A stretch of DNA of 64,000 nucleotides from Candidatus Velthaea sp. (GTDB lineage: Bacteria; Vulcanimicrobiota; Vulcanimicrobiia; Vulcanimicrobiales; Vulcanimicrobiaceae). Below the pieces are notes generated by a model. It was not told the DNA's origin and did not search any database. It saw nothing but the letters and a program-made list of their open reading frames with translations. The stretch spans positions 288,001 through 352,000 of the forward strand of contig CBDCCS010000018.1 of the NCBI GenBank assembly GCA_965214935.1, given 5' to 3'. A program made the translations under genes and the position numbers. Of this stretch, positions 30,396 through 40,147 are shown in pieces. Within the stretch, counting starts at the first letter, position 1. Every line of letters starts with the position of its first letter.

Positions 30396-30596
30396 CGCGA
30401 CGGCTTGCTTCTTGCGCTGCAAAAAGAACGCGAAACGTACGACTGCATGCGCGAAAGTCGGCCCTGCACGAGCGGAAAGTCTATGGCGGGACGTTTGACG
30501 GGTTAGCGGCACGTACGGCGGTGGTAGGAAGAGCGAGTTCTTCAAACTTCACCCGCGGTACGTTAGCGTGCCGTGATTTCTAGGAGCGCCGCCGTC

Positions 30597-31394
30597 ATGC
30601 CGTCGATCGTTGTAAGCCGTTGTTGTTTGGTGCTCGGAGTCGCAGCGCTCAGCGTCTTTGGAGCGCCCCAGGTGACGCAAGCCGCAACTTCGCCCAGCAT
30701 CGTTCTGCCTGATGGATCGCTGCGTTTCGACTACGGCCGCCGCCCGGCGCCGAATCTTGTTTGCAAGCCGCATTACGTCTGTGATATCACGCTCGATGCC
30801 GGTGAGAACGTTTTGAATATGGCGATCGGCGACGCGCAGCGCTGGATCATCGCGGGCGGTCAAAGCGGTCCGAGCGGCAGCACACCGCATGTGTTCGTCA
30901 AACCAACCGCTACCGGGCTCGACACAAATCTAGTGATCACCACGACGAAGCGCGTGTACGATATCGCTTTACGCTCCGCCGACGATGCCAAGCACTCACG
31001 CATTAGTTTCTTTTATGCCGATGAAGATGCCGCGGCCAAAGCCCTTATCGCGGACCGGCAGCGTGCGGCGATCGAGACGGTGCTTGCCGGAACGCCGCAA
31101 GTTGCCGAAGCGCAAGCCGACACCAAATACAAGATCAGCGGCGAACCGGCGCTCGCGCCGGATAAAGTGTTCAACGACGGTACACGTACGTACATCGAGT
31201 GGAAGACGCTGCCCGGCGAACTACCGGCCGTCGTTGCAATTGCCAAAGACGGCTCGGCTCAGGCGATGAATTTCCGCCTTGTCGGGAATGCCTATGTCAT
31301 CGATAACGTCAATCCGGGTTTCGATCTGGTGCTCGGTGGCGGCGCCGACCACCATGGCCGCGGCGAGCGGCACTCTTCGATCCGGCACCTGTAA
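30597..31394 (+). CDS. TrbG/VirB9 family secretion-channel protein (orphan)
   Basis: AGGAG RBS, signal peptide, CDITLDAGE..AIGDAQRW, HVFVKP..LDTNLVITTTKRVY, PDKVFNDGTRTYI. Confidence 0.88.
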   Translation: MPSIVVSRCCLVLGVAALSVFGAPQVTQAATSPSIVLPDGSLRFDYGRRPAPNLVCKPHYVCDITLDAGENVLNMAIGDAQRWIIAGGQSGPSGSTPHVFVKPTATGLDTNLVITTTKRVYDIALRSADDAKHSRISFFYADEDAAAKALIADRQRAAIETVLAGTPQVAEAQADTKYKISGEPALAPDKVFNDGTRTYIEWKTLPGELPAVVAIAKDGSAQAMNFRLVGNAYVIDNVNPGFDLVLGGGADHHGRGERHSSIRHL

Positions 31395-31416
31395 GACGGC
31401 ACCGGGAGCGCTGACA

Positions 31417-32178
31417 TTGCGCAATTCGAGCGACCCGGAGACGGGCGTCACCTATGTCGGCCCGCGCGCCTTTTTGATCGCGTTCGGTCTGCTCTGCAGC
31501 GTTTTTGTCGCCCTTGTTTACGGCCTCGATCGACTGAGCGAAGCTCCGCTCGCGACGGTCGCGGAGCCTCCGTCCATCGCTGCGCTGCAAAGGGTGACGT
31601 CCGCATACACATCGCCGCCGGCGATCCTTGCTGCGCCCGCGCGAATCGCCGTTGCGGTAACGAACGGTACGCATGCGGATACCGGCTCCGTTGCGAAGTT
31701 CACAACCGCCGCCGCGCTGCGACCGGCCGTCATTGGATCGCCCGCCGGCCGTGCGGTTGCGCGGGTCCACACCGCGCTGCGCCGCGCCGCGGCACGCCCC
31801 GACAACCGGCGGGCGCAGCGACCGGTCGTTGCGCGACCTGCATCGTTGCCGAATCGAACGGCAAGCGCCGTGAGATCGAGGCCGGAGCCCAAGCAGCAAG
31901 CCGTCGCCCGCGACCGGCCCGCGCGGCAGCCTCAACTCAAAGATCGCCGGCAATTATCGGCGGCGCGCAGCGTGACTGTCTCGAAGCCGCGCGTCGAAGC
32001 ACGGCCGAGCGGTCAGCCGGTAACCCGTGAATTGCTGGTACCATTCAACGCCGGCGCCGTACGTCTCAACGCAGCGGCACCGGCCGGCCCGGGTGCCTTA
32101 GCGCCGGCGCATGCGCCGCCCGACGCGCTCATCGTGACAGCACACGCGCAGCTTGCACCGCCGCCTTCAACACCGTAG
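31417..32178 (+). CDS. Single-TM Pro/Ala/Arg-rich hypothetical protein
   Basis: GGGAG before TTG; TM segment AFLIAFGLLCSVFVALVYGL; low-complexity remainder. Confidence 0.55.
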   Translation: MRNSSDPETGVTYVGPRAFLIAFGLLCSVFVALVYGLDRLSEAPLATVAEPPSIAALQRVTSAYTSPPAILAAPARIAVAVTNGTHADTGSVAKFTTAAALRPAVIGSPAGRAVARVHTALRRAAARPDNRRAQRPVVARPASLPNRTASAVRSRPEPKQQAVARDRPARQPQLKDRRQLSAARSVTVSKPRVEARPSGQPVTRELLVPFNAGAVRLNAAAPAGPGALAPAHAPPDALIVTAHAQLAPPPSTP

Positions 32179-32193
32179 AGCGAGCGGGACTCG

Positions 32194-32898
32194 TCAGTGC
32201 TTCGACCCGACGTATAAACCGCGCGCGAACAAATCCGAACGCTCGTTGCGAACATCGAGTCCGGCGGCCGCGAAAGCCGCGCGGTATTGCACGTCGGTAA
32301 AGAGCTGCAAGGCATGCGATTCGCTAAAAGCCGAGATGCCGGCGACCTCGGCAACGAGGTACTCGTAGCGTAACACCGATGTCGTGCCGTAACGCTCGGT
32401 GCGGCCGAGACGTGCGATCTTGAGTTCCGGCTGATCGACAAAAACCGCGTCGAGATGGCGGTCGTTCCATTCCTGCGGGGCTAACCACGGTTCAACGACA
32501 AGAAGTCCGCCGCGTTCGACGACGTTGGCAAAGCGTGCGATCGTCGCAAACAGATCCGCTTCGTCGGCGACATAACCGATCGAGCTAAACAAACACTGCA
32601 CGATTGCAAATCGTCCGTCGACGCTGAACGTCTGCATGCGTGCAACGTGTAAAGGCACGTCGGGTAAGCGTTCCCGCGCGATCGCGATCATCGCCGGTTC
32701 GGCGTCGAGACCTTCAACGGCAAACTCGCTGCGCAGCAGCGACAAGTGGCGTCCGGTTCCACAGGCGACGTCTAAGAGCCGGCCGGACGCCGCGGCGACG
32801 TTCCGATATGCTGCGCGCAGCCACGCGGCTTCGGCGGCGTAATCTTTACCGCGCGCGGCATAGATCGCGTCGTAGAACGCAGCGGATTTCGTGAACAT
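32194..32898 (-). CDS. Class I SAM-dependent methyltransferase (resembles amino-sugar N-methyltransferase family)
   Basis: YDAIY..GKDYAAEA, LLDVACGTG, CLFSSIGY, VVEPW. Confidence 0.9.
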   Translation of the reverse strand: MFTKSAAFYDAIYAARGKDYAAEAAWLRAAYRNVAAASGRLLDVACGTGRHLSLLRSEFAVEGLDAEPAMIAIARERLPDVPLHVARMQTFSVDGRFAIVQCLFSSIGYVADEADLFATIARFANVVERGGLLVVEPWLAPQEWNDRHLDAVFVDQPELKIARLGRTERYGTTSVLRYEYLVAEVAGISAFSESHALQLFTDVQYRAAFAAAGLDVRNERSDLFARGLYVGSKH

Positions 32899-32948
32899 GC
32901 CCCGTCTTTTAGCTAGTACGCTCGAATCCCATCGCGAAGCCGGCGTCG

Positions 32949-34319
32949 ATGGCACGCGAGCGATATGACGTTTTAGTCGTCGGCGGCGGCAATGCCGGCT
33001 GTGCTGCCGCGCTCGCCGCCGCGCGCTCGGGCGCCCGGACGTTACTCGTCGAACGCTATGGGTTTTTAGGTGGAACGGCAACCGCGGCAATGGTCGGACC
33101 GTGGATGACCTTTCATTCCGGTACCGATCGCATCGTCGGCGGCATTGCGCAAGAAATCGTCGAGCGTCTCGTAGCGCTCGGCGGCTCGCCCGGACACATC
33201 ACCGATTCATCGGATTACGTTCCGACCATCACCCCCTTCGATCCCGAAGTGCACAAAGCGCTGCTTTTCGATTTGATGCGCGAGAGTGGTGTCGATCTGT
33301 TGCTGCACGCGTATTTCATCGCAACGTTACGCGATACCGACGGCGCGGTGCGCGGCGCGCGCTTTGCAACGGTCGGCGGATTGCGCGAGGTACGTGCGCT
33401 GCGAACGATCGACACGACCGCCGATGCCTTTGTCGCTGCCGGAGCGGGGGTCGCGCTGCAAACCGGCGACGAACGCGGTAAGGTGCAGCCGGCAAGTTTG
33501 ATGTTTCGCCTGAGCCATGTGGATCTCAATGCGTTGGCGACCTATGTCCGCACGCATCCGAACGAGATGCGCACGTCGCTCAAAACGCACGAACGCACCG
33601 CCGGTGCGTTGACCGCCGTCGCCGGTTTGTACGACCTTTGGAACGCTGCTCGCGAACGTGGCGAGGTCGACGTTCCGCGTGAACTTGTCTCGTTCTTTAT
33701 TTCGCCGTATCCCGACGAAGTGACCGTGAATATGACGCGCGTAACGGACATCGATCCGCTCGATGCCGACGATCTGACCCGGGCGGAGATCGAAGCACGT
33801 TCGCAAACAATGCAACTGTTGGCGTTTTTCCGGCGTCGCGTTCCCGGTTTTGCAAATGCGAGAATTGCCGCAACGGCGACGCAGATCGGCATCCGAGAAT
33901 CGCGCCGCATCGTCGGGCTGTACACGTTGACGGCGCAAGATGTTTTGGAAGGCCGCACGTTTCCCGACGCGATCGCGCGCAGTGCCTATCCGATCGACAT
34001 CCACAATCCGTCGGGCGCCGGAACGGTCACGCAGCGGTTAGCACCCGGAGCTTCGTACGAGATTCCGTACCGGTGTCTCGTGCCGGCCGCCGTACAGGGA
34101 CTGCTCGTTGCCGGTCGCTGCATTGCAACGACGCACGAAGCGCTCGCATCGACCCGCTTGACGCCGACGGTCATGACGCTCGGACAGGCAGCCGGAACGG
34201 CGGCAAGCCTATCGCTGCGCGCGAACGTACTGCTGCGTGACGTCGACAGCCTGCAATTACGGACGCAGTTAATTGCCGACGGTGTCGATCTGCGCCGTAC
34301 GGTGACCGCCGGTGCCTGA
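32949..34319 (+). CDS. FAD-dependent oxidoreductase
   Basis: YDVLVVGGGNAG, ERYGFLGG, GIRESRRIVG, YPIDIH, YEIPYRCL..LLVAGRC. Confidence 0.92.
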   Translation: MARERYDVLVVGGGNAGCAAALAAARSGARTLLVERYGFLGGTATAAMVGPWMTFHSGTDRIVGGIAQEIVERLVALGGSPGHITDSSDYVPTITPFDPEVHKALLFDLMRESGVDLLLHAYFIATLRDTDGAVRGARFATVGGLREVRALRTIDTTADAFVAAGAGVALQTGDERGKVQPASLMFRLSHVDLNALATYVRTHPNEMRTSLKTHERTAGALTAVAGLYDLWNAARERGEVDVPRELVSFFISPYPDEVTVNMTRVTDIDPLDADDLTRAEIEARSQTMQLLAFFRRRVPGFANARIAATATQIGIRESRRIVGLYTLTAQDVLEGRTFPDAIARSAYPIDIHNPSGAGTVTQRLAPGASYEIPYRCLVPAAVQGLLVAGRCIATTHEALASTRLTPTVMTLGQAAGTAASLSLRANVLLRDVDSLQLRTQLIADGVDLRRTVTAGA

Positions 34320-34674
34320 TCCGCAAAGCAGTGCCGCAAGCTACGGCATCGCAATCGAGCTTGCGGACTTGGGCGATTGGGGATCCGCGGCACTGTTTTC
34401 GGAGTACGACGCCGGCGGTCCGGTCATTCGCGTGAACGCACGCGCGCTCGAACGGTATCGCGAGCATTGCGGCAGCTTGAGTTCGTGCGATGTCCGTTCG
34501 TTTATCGATCTTGCCGTCGCGCACGAACTCTATCATCATCGGGAAGCGATCGGTGAGATCCCGCGGCTTTCGTCGCACCGGCTGCGCGAGGCGGCGGCCG
34601 ACGCGTATGCCCGCGCGAACGTAGCGATCGATGCGCGGCTCGCCGCGTTTGTTACCCGAGCCGCGCACCGGTGA
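34312..34674 (+). CDS. Small HExxH putative zinc metalloprotein
   Basis: AVAHELYHH..E, REAAADAYA; overlaps both neighbours. Confidence 0.7.
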   Translation: MPDPQSSAASYGIAIELADLGDWGSAALFSEYDAGGPVIRVNARALERYREHCGSLSSCDVRSFIDLAVAHELYHHREAIGEIPRLSSHRLREAAADAYARANVAIDARLAAFVTRAAHR

Positions 34675-35606
34675 CCGACGCCGCACGCGCGCGCGCGCCC
34701 GAGTCGCGGCTGTTCTTGGGCATCGACGGCGGTCAATCGTCGACCACCGCCGTTATCATCGACGCGCACGAGTCGATCGCCGGCCGCGGTGTCGCCGGTC
34801 CGTGCGATCACATCGATGAACCGCCGGATTCGCGACGCTGTGCCGATGCCTGCGAGTCGGCGCTCGGGCGCGCATTAGCTGCCGCGAATTTGCCGCCGGA
34901 GACGGTCTTCGACGCGGTCGTCGTCGGGTTGAGCGGCTACGACGGTGAATTCCACGGCGTGCCGCCGCGTTTGAACGGTGCGCGCGTACGCTACGTGCAC
35001 GACGCGCCGATCGCATTGGCGGGTGCAGTCGACCGCCGGCCCGCCGTCGTGGTCATCGCCGGGACCGGCTCGGTCGCCTACGCCGAAGATGCCGATCGCG
35101 CGGGCATTCGCATCGGCGGTTACGGCTATCTCTTCGGCGATGAAGGCAGCAGCTTCACGCTGGCACGTAGCGCGCTGTCCGCCGCGATGGACCATGCGGA
35201 CCGCGGTACGGCAAGCCGGCTGGGCGATGCGGCGTTGGCCTATTTCGACCGTCCCGACCTGCGTTCGATCGCCCGCGCCTTTTACGTTCGCGAGATCGGC
35301 CGGCCCGAACTCGCGACGTTTGCGCGCGTCGTGCTCGATGCTGCGCGGCTCGGCGATCCCGAAGCCGGCGCGCTGGTCGACCGGGCGGCGCTTGCACTCG
35401 CGACGCTTGCCGCGACGGCGATCGAGCGGCTCAATCTTGAAAAAGCGGCCGTCCCCGTTGCCTTAACCGGCGGTTTATTCACCAATAACGAGCTCTATCG
35501 CCGTACGGTTGATAATCTAGCCGTCGTTGCGGAGAACGCGCGCGTAGTCAAACCCTTACACGAACCCGCGGTCGGTGCGGCGCGCATGGCGCTCGACGAC
35601 GCATGA
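34671..35606 (+). CDS. BadF/BadG-type sugar kinase (N-acetylhexosamine kinase-like)
   Basis: LGIDGGQSST, HDAPIAL, IAGTGS, GGYGYLFGDEGS, LTGG. Confidence 0.9.
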   Translation: MTDAARARAPESRLFLGIDGGQSSTTAVIIDAHESIAGRGVAGPCDHIDEPPDSRRCADACESALGRALAAANLPPETVFDAVVVGLSGYDGEFHGVPPRLNGARVRYVHDAPIALAGAVDRRPAVVVIAGTGSVAYAEDADRAGIRIGGYGYLFGDEGSSFTLARSALSAAMDHADRGTASRLGDAALAYFDRPDLRSIARAFYVREIGRPELATFARVVLDAARLGDPEAGALVDRAALALATLAATAIERLNLEKAAVPVALTGGLFTNNELYRRTVDNLAVVAENARVVKPLHEPAVGAARMALDDA

Positions 35607-36274
35607 ATACCGCCCGATTGCGCGGGCTCATCGTGTCGGTTCAAGCCGAAGCGGATTCACTGCTCAATACGCCGCAGACCATCGCACTGCTAGCTCGTAT
35701 CGCCGAGCAAAACGGCGCGGCCGCCGTTCGCATCGAGGGCGCGACGCGCATTGCTGCCGTGCGCGCGGCGATCGGCTTGCCGATCATCGGTATCGTCAAA
35801 CGCGTCTATCCCGGCTACGCGCCGTATATTACGGCCGGTACCCGCGAAGTTGCCGAAGCCGCGGATGCCGGCGCCGATGTTATCGCCTTCGACGCAACGC
35901 GTCGCGAGCGGCCCGACGGCAGTTCCGTCGCTTCGCTCATCCGGGCAATTGAACTGCGCGGGCTGCTTGCAATGGCGGATTGCGCGGACGCCGATGACGC
36001 ACGGTCGGCTCGTGCAGCCGGCGCCGGGATTGCTGCAACGACGTTATGCGGGTATACCGCGGCTACCCAAGGCGCCGTTCTGCCCGCTCTCGCCCTCGTT
36101 CGTACGATCGCAGGCGACGGCGGCTTTACGATTTGCGAAGGCGGCGTCGCGACGCCGGCAGATGTAAACTTTGCGTTTGCAGCGGGTGCGGACGCCGTGG
36201 TAGTTGGAACAGCGATTAGCAATATCGATGTACTGGTGCGCCGATTCGTCGGTGCCGTGCCGAAGCCGACGTAA
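35603..36274 (+). CDS. nanE: N-acetylmannosamine-6-phosphate 2-epimerase
   Basis: GLIVSVQA, LPIIGIVKR, PYIT, MADC, TTLCGYT, ICEGG, VVVGTAI. Confidence 0.92.
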   Translation: MNTARLRGLIVSVQAEADSLLNTPQTIALLARIAEQNGAAAVRIEGATRIAAVRAAIGLPIIGIVKRVYPGYAPYITAGTREVAEAADAGADVIAFDATRRERPDGSSVASLIRAIELRGLLAMADCADADDARSARAAGAGIAATTLCGYTAATQGAVLPALALVRTIAGDGGFTICEGGVATPADVNFAFAAGADAVVVGTAISNIDVLVRRFVGAVPKPT

Positions 36275-36385
36275 GTCTAAGCGAATTGGCAGCTAAATGC
36301 GTACGATTCAAGTTGTGAGCGGTCGACGTTGAAACGTCCGTCGGTGAAGCACCAACGGATGGTAATCGGACGAGTGAGGTAATTC

Positions 36386-37486
36386 TTGGCACAAACCATC
36401 AAGCAAAAACCGGTTAATATGGGCCCGGGCTTTTGGATCGTCGCGGCGGTTCTCACCGTCTTGTCGATCGGCGCGGCGATATTCTGGGCGATCGTGCCGT
36501 TGCCGATGGGTGTCGAAGCTGCCGCTGATACCGCGATCCCGACCGATATTCTCTTCAAGGTGCTGGCGATCATCGGCTCGGGCCTGTTCATCAACGTTAC
36601 CGGTTTTATCGTTTATTTCGCGATTGTTTTTCGGCGTCCGAAAAACGCTCCGGCCAATACGATCGGCGTGCAAGTTCACGATGCGCCCGTACTCGAGTTC
36701 TGGTGGACGGCAATTCCCGCCATCGTTGTTTTGGGTTTAGCGATCGCCTCGGTCAATCTGCTCAATAACATTTACAACTCGGCCGGCGACGTCTTGACCA
36801 TGGAAGCGATCGGATACCAGTTCGGCTTCCAGTATCGCTATCCCAAGCTCAGCAATCCGGTTGCCGACATGCACATCCCCGTCGGCACGCCCGTTACGGT
36901 CCATGTTACTTCGCGCGACGTGATTCACGGCTTTTGGATTCCCGAAGTCCGGGTCAAACAAGACATGGTTCCGGGCCAGATAAACACCGTTCGTTTCACG
37001 CCGACCAAGATCGGCACGTATCCGATCATTTGCACCTCGTATTGCGGCATCGCGCACGGCGGAATGCATTCCGTGGTGCATGTCGATTCGCAGCAAGACT
37101 TCGCTAAGTGGTTTTCGTCGCAGCAGGGTGGCGGCGGATCTGCCAACGGCGGTGGCGGGGGCAGCGCGCAAGGTGCTGCGGTCGCCCTCAATGCCGGTGA
37201 CGTTGCCGCCGGACAGCAGCTTTTTGGGCAGAAGTGCTCGGCTTGTCATTCGCTGGGGCCGTATTCTCAGAAGCTCGTCGGCCCCGGGCTCGGGAAGCTT
37301 TTCAGCGATCCCGACCATCCGAAACTTGTCAATGGAACCGACGTTTCGCCGCAAGACATCGCGCTGATCCTGCAAAACGGTTATCAAGGCGATTTAGGTG
37401 TGATGCCGAGTTCGCAAGTCAATCAAATCAACAATAAAGATATCGCCAACCTCGTGGCGTATCTCGTCAGCCTCTCCAAGAAGTAA
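36386..37486 (+). CDS. coxB: Cytochrome c oxidase subunit II with fused cytochrome c (caa3-like)
   Basis: LEFWWTAIP, DVIHGFW, CuA motif CTSYCGIAHGGM, Gly-rich linker, heme motif CSACH. Confidence 0.96.
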   Translation: MAQTIKQKPVNMGPGFWIVAAVLTVLSIGAAIFWAIVPLPMGVEAAADTAIPTDILFKVLAIIGSGLFINVTGFIVYFAIVFRRPKNAPANTIGVQVHDAPVLEFWWTAIPAIVVLGLAIASVNLLNNIYNSAGDVLTMEAIGYQFGFQYRYPKLSNPVADMHIPVGTPVTVHVTSRDVIHGFWIPEVRVKQDMVPGQINTVRFTPTKIGTYPIICTSYCGIAHGGMHSVVHVDSQQDFAKWFSSQQGGGGSANGGGGGSAQGAAVALNAGDVAAGQQLFGQKCSACHSLGPYSQKLVGPGLGKLFSDPDHPKLVNGTDVSPQDIALILQNGYQGDLGVMPSSQVNQINNKDIANLVAYLVSLSKK

Positions 37487-37502
37487 CGGAGCCCGATACT
37501 AC

Positions 37503-39209
37503 ATGGCAGTCGCAACGTCGACGACCACGGTCGCGCCGCACGCGGTACTCGACCACATACATCCCGAGCCGACCAGCTTTGTCCGTAAGTATATTTTCTC
37601 GATCGATCATAAGGTCATCGGAATTCAATATATGATTACGGGACTGCTGTTCTTTGCTCTCGCCGGCTTACTTGCCGAGCTTATTCGGATCCAGCTGTTG
37701 CATAACGACGGCCGGTTCATGAATCCCGAGGTCTATAACGGCGTTTACACGATGCACGGCTCGGCGATGGTGTGGATGGTCATCATCCCGCTAGTCACCG
37801 GCGGCTTCGGTAATTTCGTCATGCCGCTGCAAATCGGCGCGCGCGACGTTGCGTTTCCCTGGCTCAATCTTTTGAGCTTTTGGATGTTTCCGATCGCCGG
37901 CGTGCTGCTTTTCGGCGCTTTCCTCGTCGGCGCGCCCGATGCCGGATGGACCGAGTATCCGCCCGTCTCGCTGCAAGGCCCGGTCGGCACGAATCTGTGG
38001 TGCATCGCGATCTTCTTGATCGGTATATCGTCGACGCTGACCGGGATCAACTTCATCGTTACGATTCTAAAAATGCGTGCGCCCGGGATGACGCTGACCC
38101 GCATGCCGCTGTTCGTTTGGGCGCAGTTATCGACTGCCGGTTTATCGATGATCGCGACCACGGCGCTCGCCGCTGCGCTGCTGGCGCTCTTTCTCGAGCG
38201 CGTCTACGGCATCCCATTCTACGATCCGACCAAGGGTGGCTCGCCGATTCTCTGGCAGCACATGTTTTGGTTCTATTCGCATCCGGCTGTCTACATTATG
38301 ATTTTGCCGGCATTCGGCATTATCTCCGAAGTGTTACCGACGTTTGCGCGCAAGCCGATCTTTGGTTACAAGATGATTGCGTTTTCATCGATTGCGATCG
38401 CACTCGTCGGGTTCATGGTCTGGGCGCACCATATGTTTACGTCCGGCCTTGCTCCATGGCTGCAACTGCCGTTCATGATCCTCACGATGATCGTGGCGAT
38501 TCCGACGGGCATCAAGATTTTTTCGTGGATGGCGACGTTATGGGGCGGTTCGATCGAACTGTCACCGGCGATGCTTTTCGCCATCGGATTTCTCATCACG
38601 TTCACGTTCGGTGGGATCACGGGCGTTTTTCTTGCCGCGATACCGGTCGATCTGCACGCTCACGGCACGTATTTCGTCGTCGGGCATTTCCACTACGTGC
38701 TTTACGGCGGCTCGGTGTTCGGAATCTTCGCCGGCTTGTACTACTGGTGGCCGAAGATCACCGGACGTATGATGAACGAAGCGGTCGGCAAGTGGCATTT
38801 CTGGGTTACGTTCCTGGCCTTTAACGGTACGTTCTTGCCGATGCATTGGCTCGGTTTACAGGGAATGCCGCGCCGCGTTGCTACCTACATCGATTCGCAC
38901 GATGCGGTATTCTGGAACGACGTTGCATCGATTGCCTCGTTTGCGCTGGCAGCTTCGACCCTGCTGCTGTTCGGTAATATGCTTTGGAGCTTGTATAAAG
39001 GCAAGCGTGCCGGCGCCAATCCGTGGGGTGCCCGTACGTTAGAATGGATGATCAGTTCGCCGCCGCCCTATTACAACTTCAAACACGTACCCGCCGTGCT
39101 TGCAACGCCGTACGATTTCGGTAATCCGTTGCCGTATATCGGCTTAGATGCAAGCGAAGGTGCAGCGGCCACGCCGCAGCGCACCGGTCAGCCGCTCGCT
39201 ACGCATTGA
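37503..39209 (+). CDS. ctaD: Cytochrome c oxidase subunit I, A2 type
   Basis: DHKVIG, TMHG, GWTEYPP, WFYSHPAVY, VWAHH, PTGIK, HFHY, GMPRR. Confidence 0.98.
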   Translation: MAVATSTTTVAPHAVLDHIHPEPTSFVRKYIFSIDHKVIGIQYMITGLLFFALAGLLAELIRIQLLHNDGRFMNPEVYNGVYTMHGSAMVWMVIIPLVTGGFGNFVMPLQIGARDVAFPWLNLLSFWMFPIAGVLLFGAFLVGAPDAGWTEYPPVSLQGPVGTNLWCIAIFLIGISSTLTGINFIVTILKMRAPGMTLTRMPLFVWAQLSTAGLSMIATTALAAALLALFLERVYGIPFYDPTKGGSPILWQHMFWFYSHPAVYIMILPAFGIISEVLPTFARKPIFGYKMIAFSSIAIALVGFMVWAHHMFTSGLAPWLQLPFMILTMIVAIPTGIKIFSWMATLWGGSIELSPAMLFAIGFLITFTFGGITGVFLAAIPVDLHAHGTYFVVGHFHYVLYGGSVFGIFAGLYYWWPKITGRMMNEAVGKWHFWVTFLAFNGTFLPMHWLGLQGMPRRVATYIDSHDAVFWNDVASIASFALAASTLLLFGNMLWSLYKGKRAGANPWGARTLEWMISSPPPYYNFKHVPAVLATPYDFGNPLPYIGLDASEGAAATPQRTGQPLATH

Positions 39210-39271
39210 TCGAGGTGCCTTACTCGTCGTCGTGCGCCGGGTTCCTCCCGGCGCACAAATAGGAGAACTCG

Positions 39272-39910
39272 GTGTCGGTTTCCGTCGCTAAACAAGGCCA
39301 CGTGCATGGCGCGGCGGGCGGCTCGCTCGTTCACGACGAGGTGATCTATCAGGAAACGCGCGACATGCGTTTGCTGGGCTTCGCGCTGTTTTTGATTTCG
39401 GACGTCGTACTCTTCTCGTCGTTCATCTTTGCATATCTCTATCTGCGCAACACGGTCGATCAGTGGCCGCCGATCGTCGACGGGAAACAACTGCCGCGGC
39501 TCGACGTTGCTTTTGCCGCCGTCAACTCGTGCGTGTTGTTCGGCTCCGGCGTTACCATGCACTACGCGCTCGAAAATTGGAAGCATGCCAAACGCAAAGC
39601 GTTCGACATGTGGATTTGGGCCACGATCGTACTCGGGACGCTATTTCTGTGCGGACAAGCATACGAATATGCACACGCGCAAATCGGCGGTTGGAACGGC
39701 TCGATCTTCGGTGCTTCATTCTTTACGCTCACCGGCATGCACGGCTTCCACGTCTTCATCGGTGTCGTCTACTTAATCGTACTGTTCTTGCAGACGCGTC
39801 GCGGCGTTTACGATGAGACGCACTATTTCGGGTTGACGGCCGGTACGCTTTACTGGCATTTTGTCGACGTCATCTGGGTCGGCTTGTTCTTTCTATTTTA
39901 TCTCTTTTAA
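39272..39910 (+). CDS. coxC: Cytochrome c oxidase subunit III
   Basis: FLISDVVLF, FFTLTGMHGFHV, LYWHFVDVIW. Confidence 0.96.
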   Translation: MSVSVAKQGHVHGAAGGSLVHDEVIYQETRDMRLLGFALFLISDVVLFSSFIFAYLYLRNTVDQWPPIVDGKQLPRLDVAFAAVNSCVLFGSGVTMHYALENWKHAKRKAFDMWIWATIVLGTLFLCGQAYEYAHAQIGGWNGSIFGASFFTLTGMHGFHVFIGVVYLIVLFLQTRRGVYDETHYFGLTAGTLYWHFVDVIWVGLFFLFYLF

Positions 39911-39937
39911 GCGCGCCGCCGGAGAAACGACGATCGA

Positions 39938-40144
39938 ATGGATGCCTTAGCTCTAACGGAAAAGATCTTCGCTGGTTTGGCGGCTGTGCTCATCGGTGTG
40001 TTGGCGATTATTGCGCTGCGTGCCGACTGGAAAACAACCGGCCTCGATAACAATCTGACCAAAGCGCTGCTCGGTTTGATGGCACTGGGATGTGTTCTCG
40101 TAATCGTCGCGGCATTCGGCATCTTACCGCATGGTGGTTCATAA
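39938..40144 (+). CDS. Small two-TM protein, 68 aa, candidate accessory oxidase subunit
   Basis: GGAG upstream; two hydrophobic helices; directly follows coxC. Confidence 0.7.
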   Translation: MDALALTEKIFAGLAAVLIGVLAIIALRADWKTTGLDNNLTKALLGLMALGCVLVIVAAFGILPHGGS

Positions 40145-40147
40145 CAA

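Noticed and set aside
37120..37175. GGC-rich repeat-like tract
   Set aside because: It encodes the Gly linker between the CuA and cytochrome c domains
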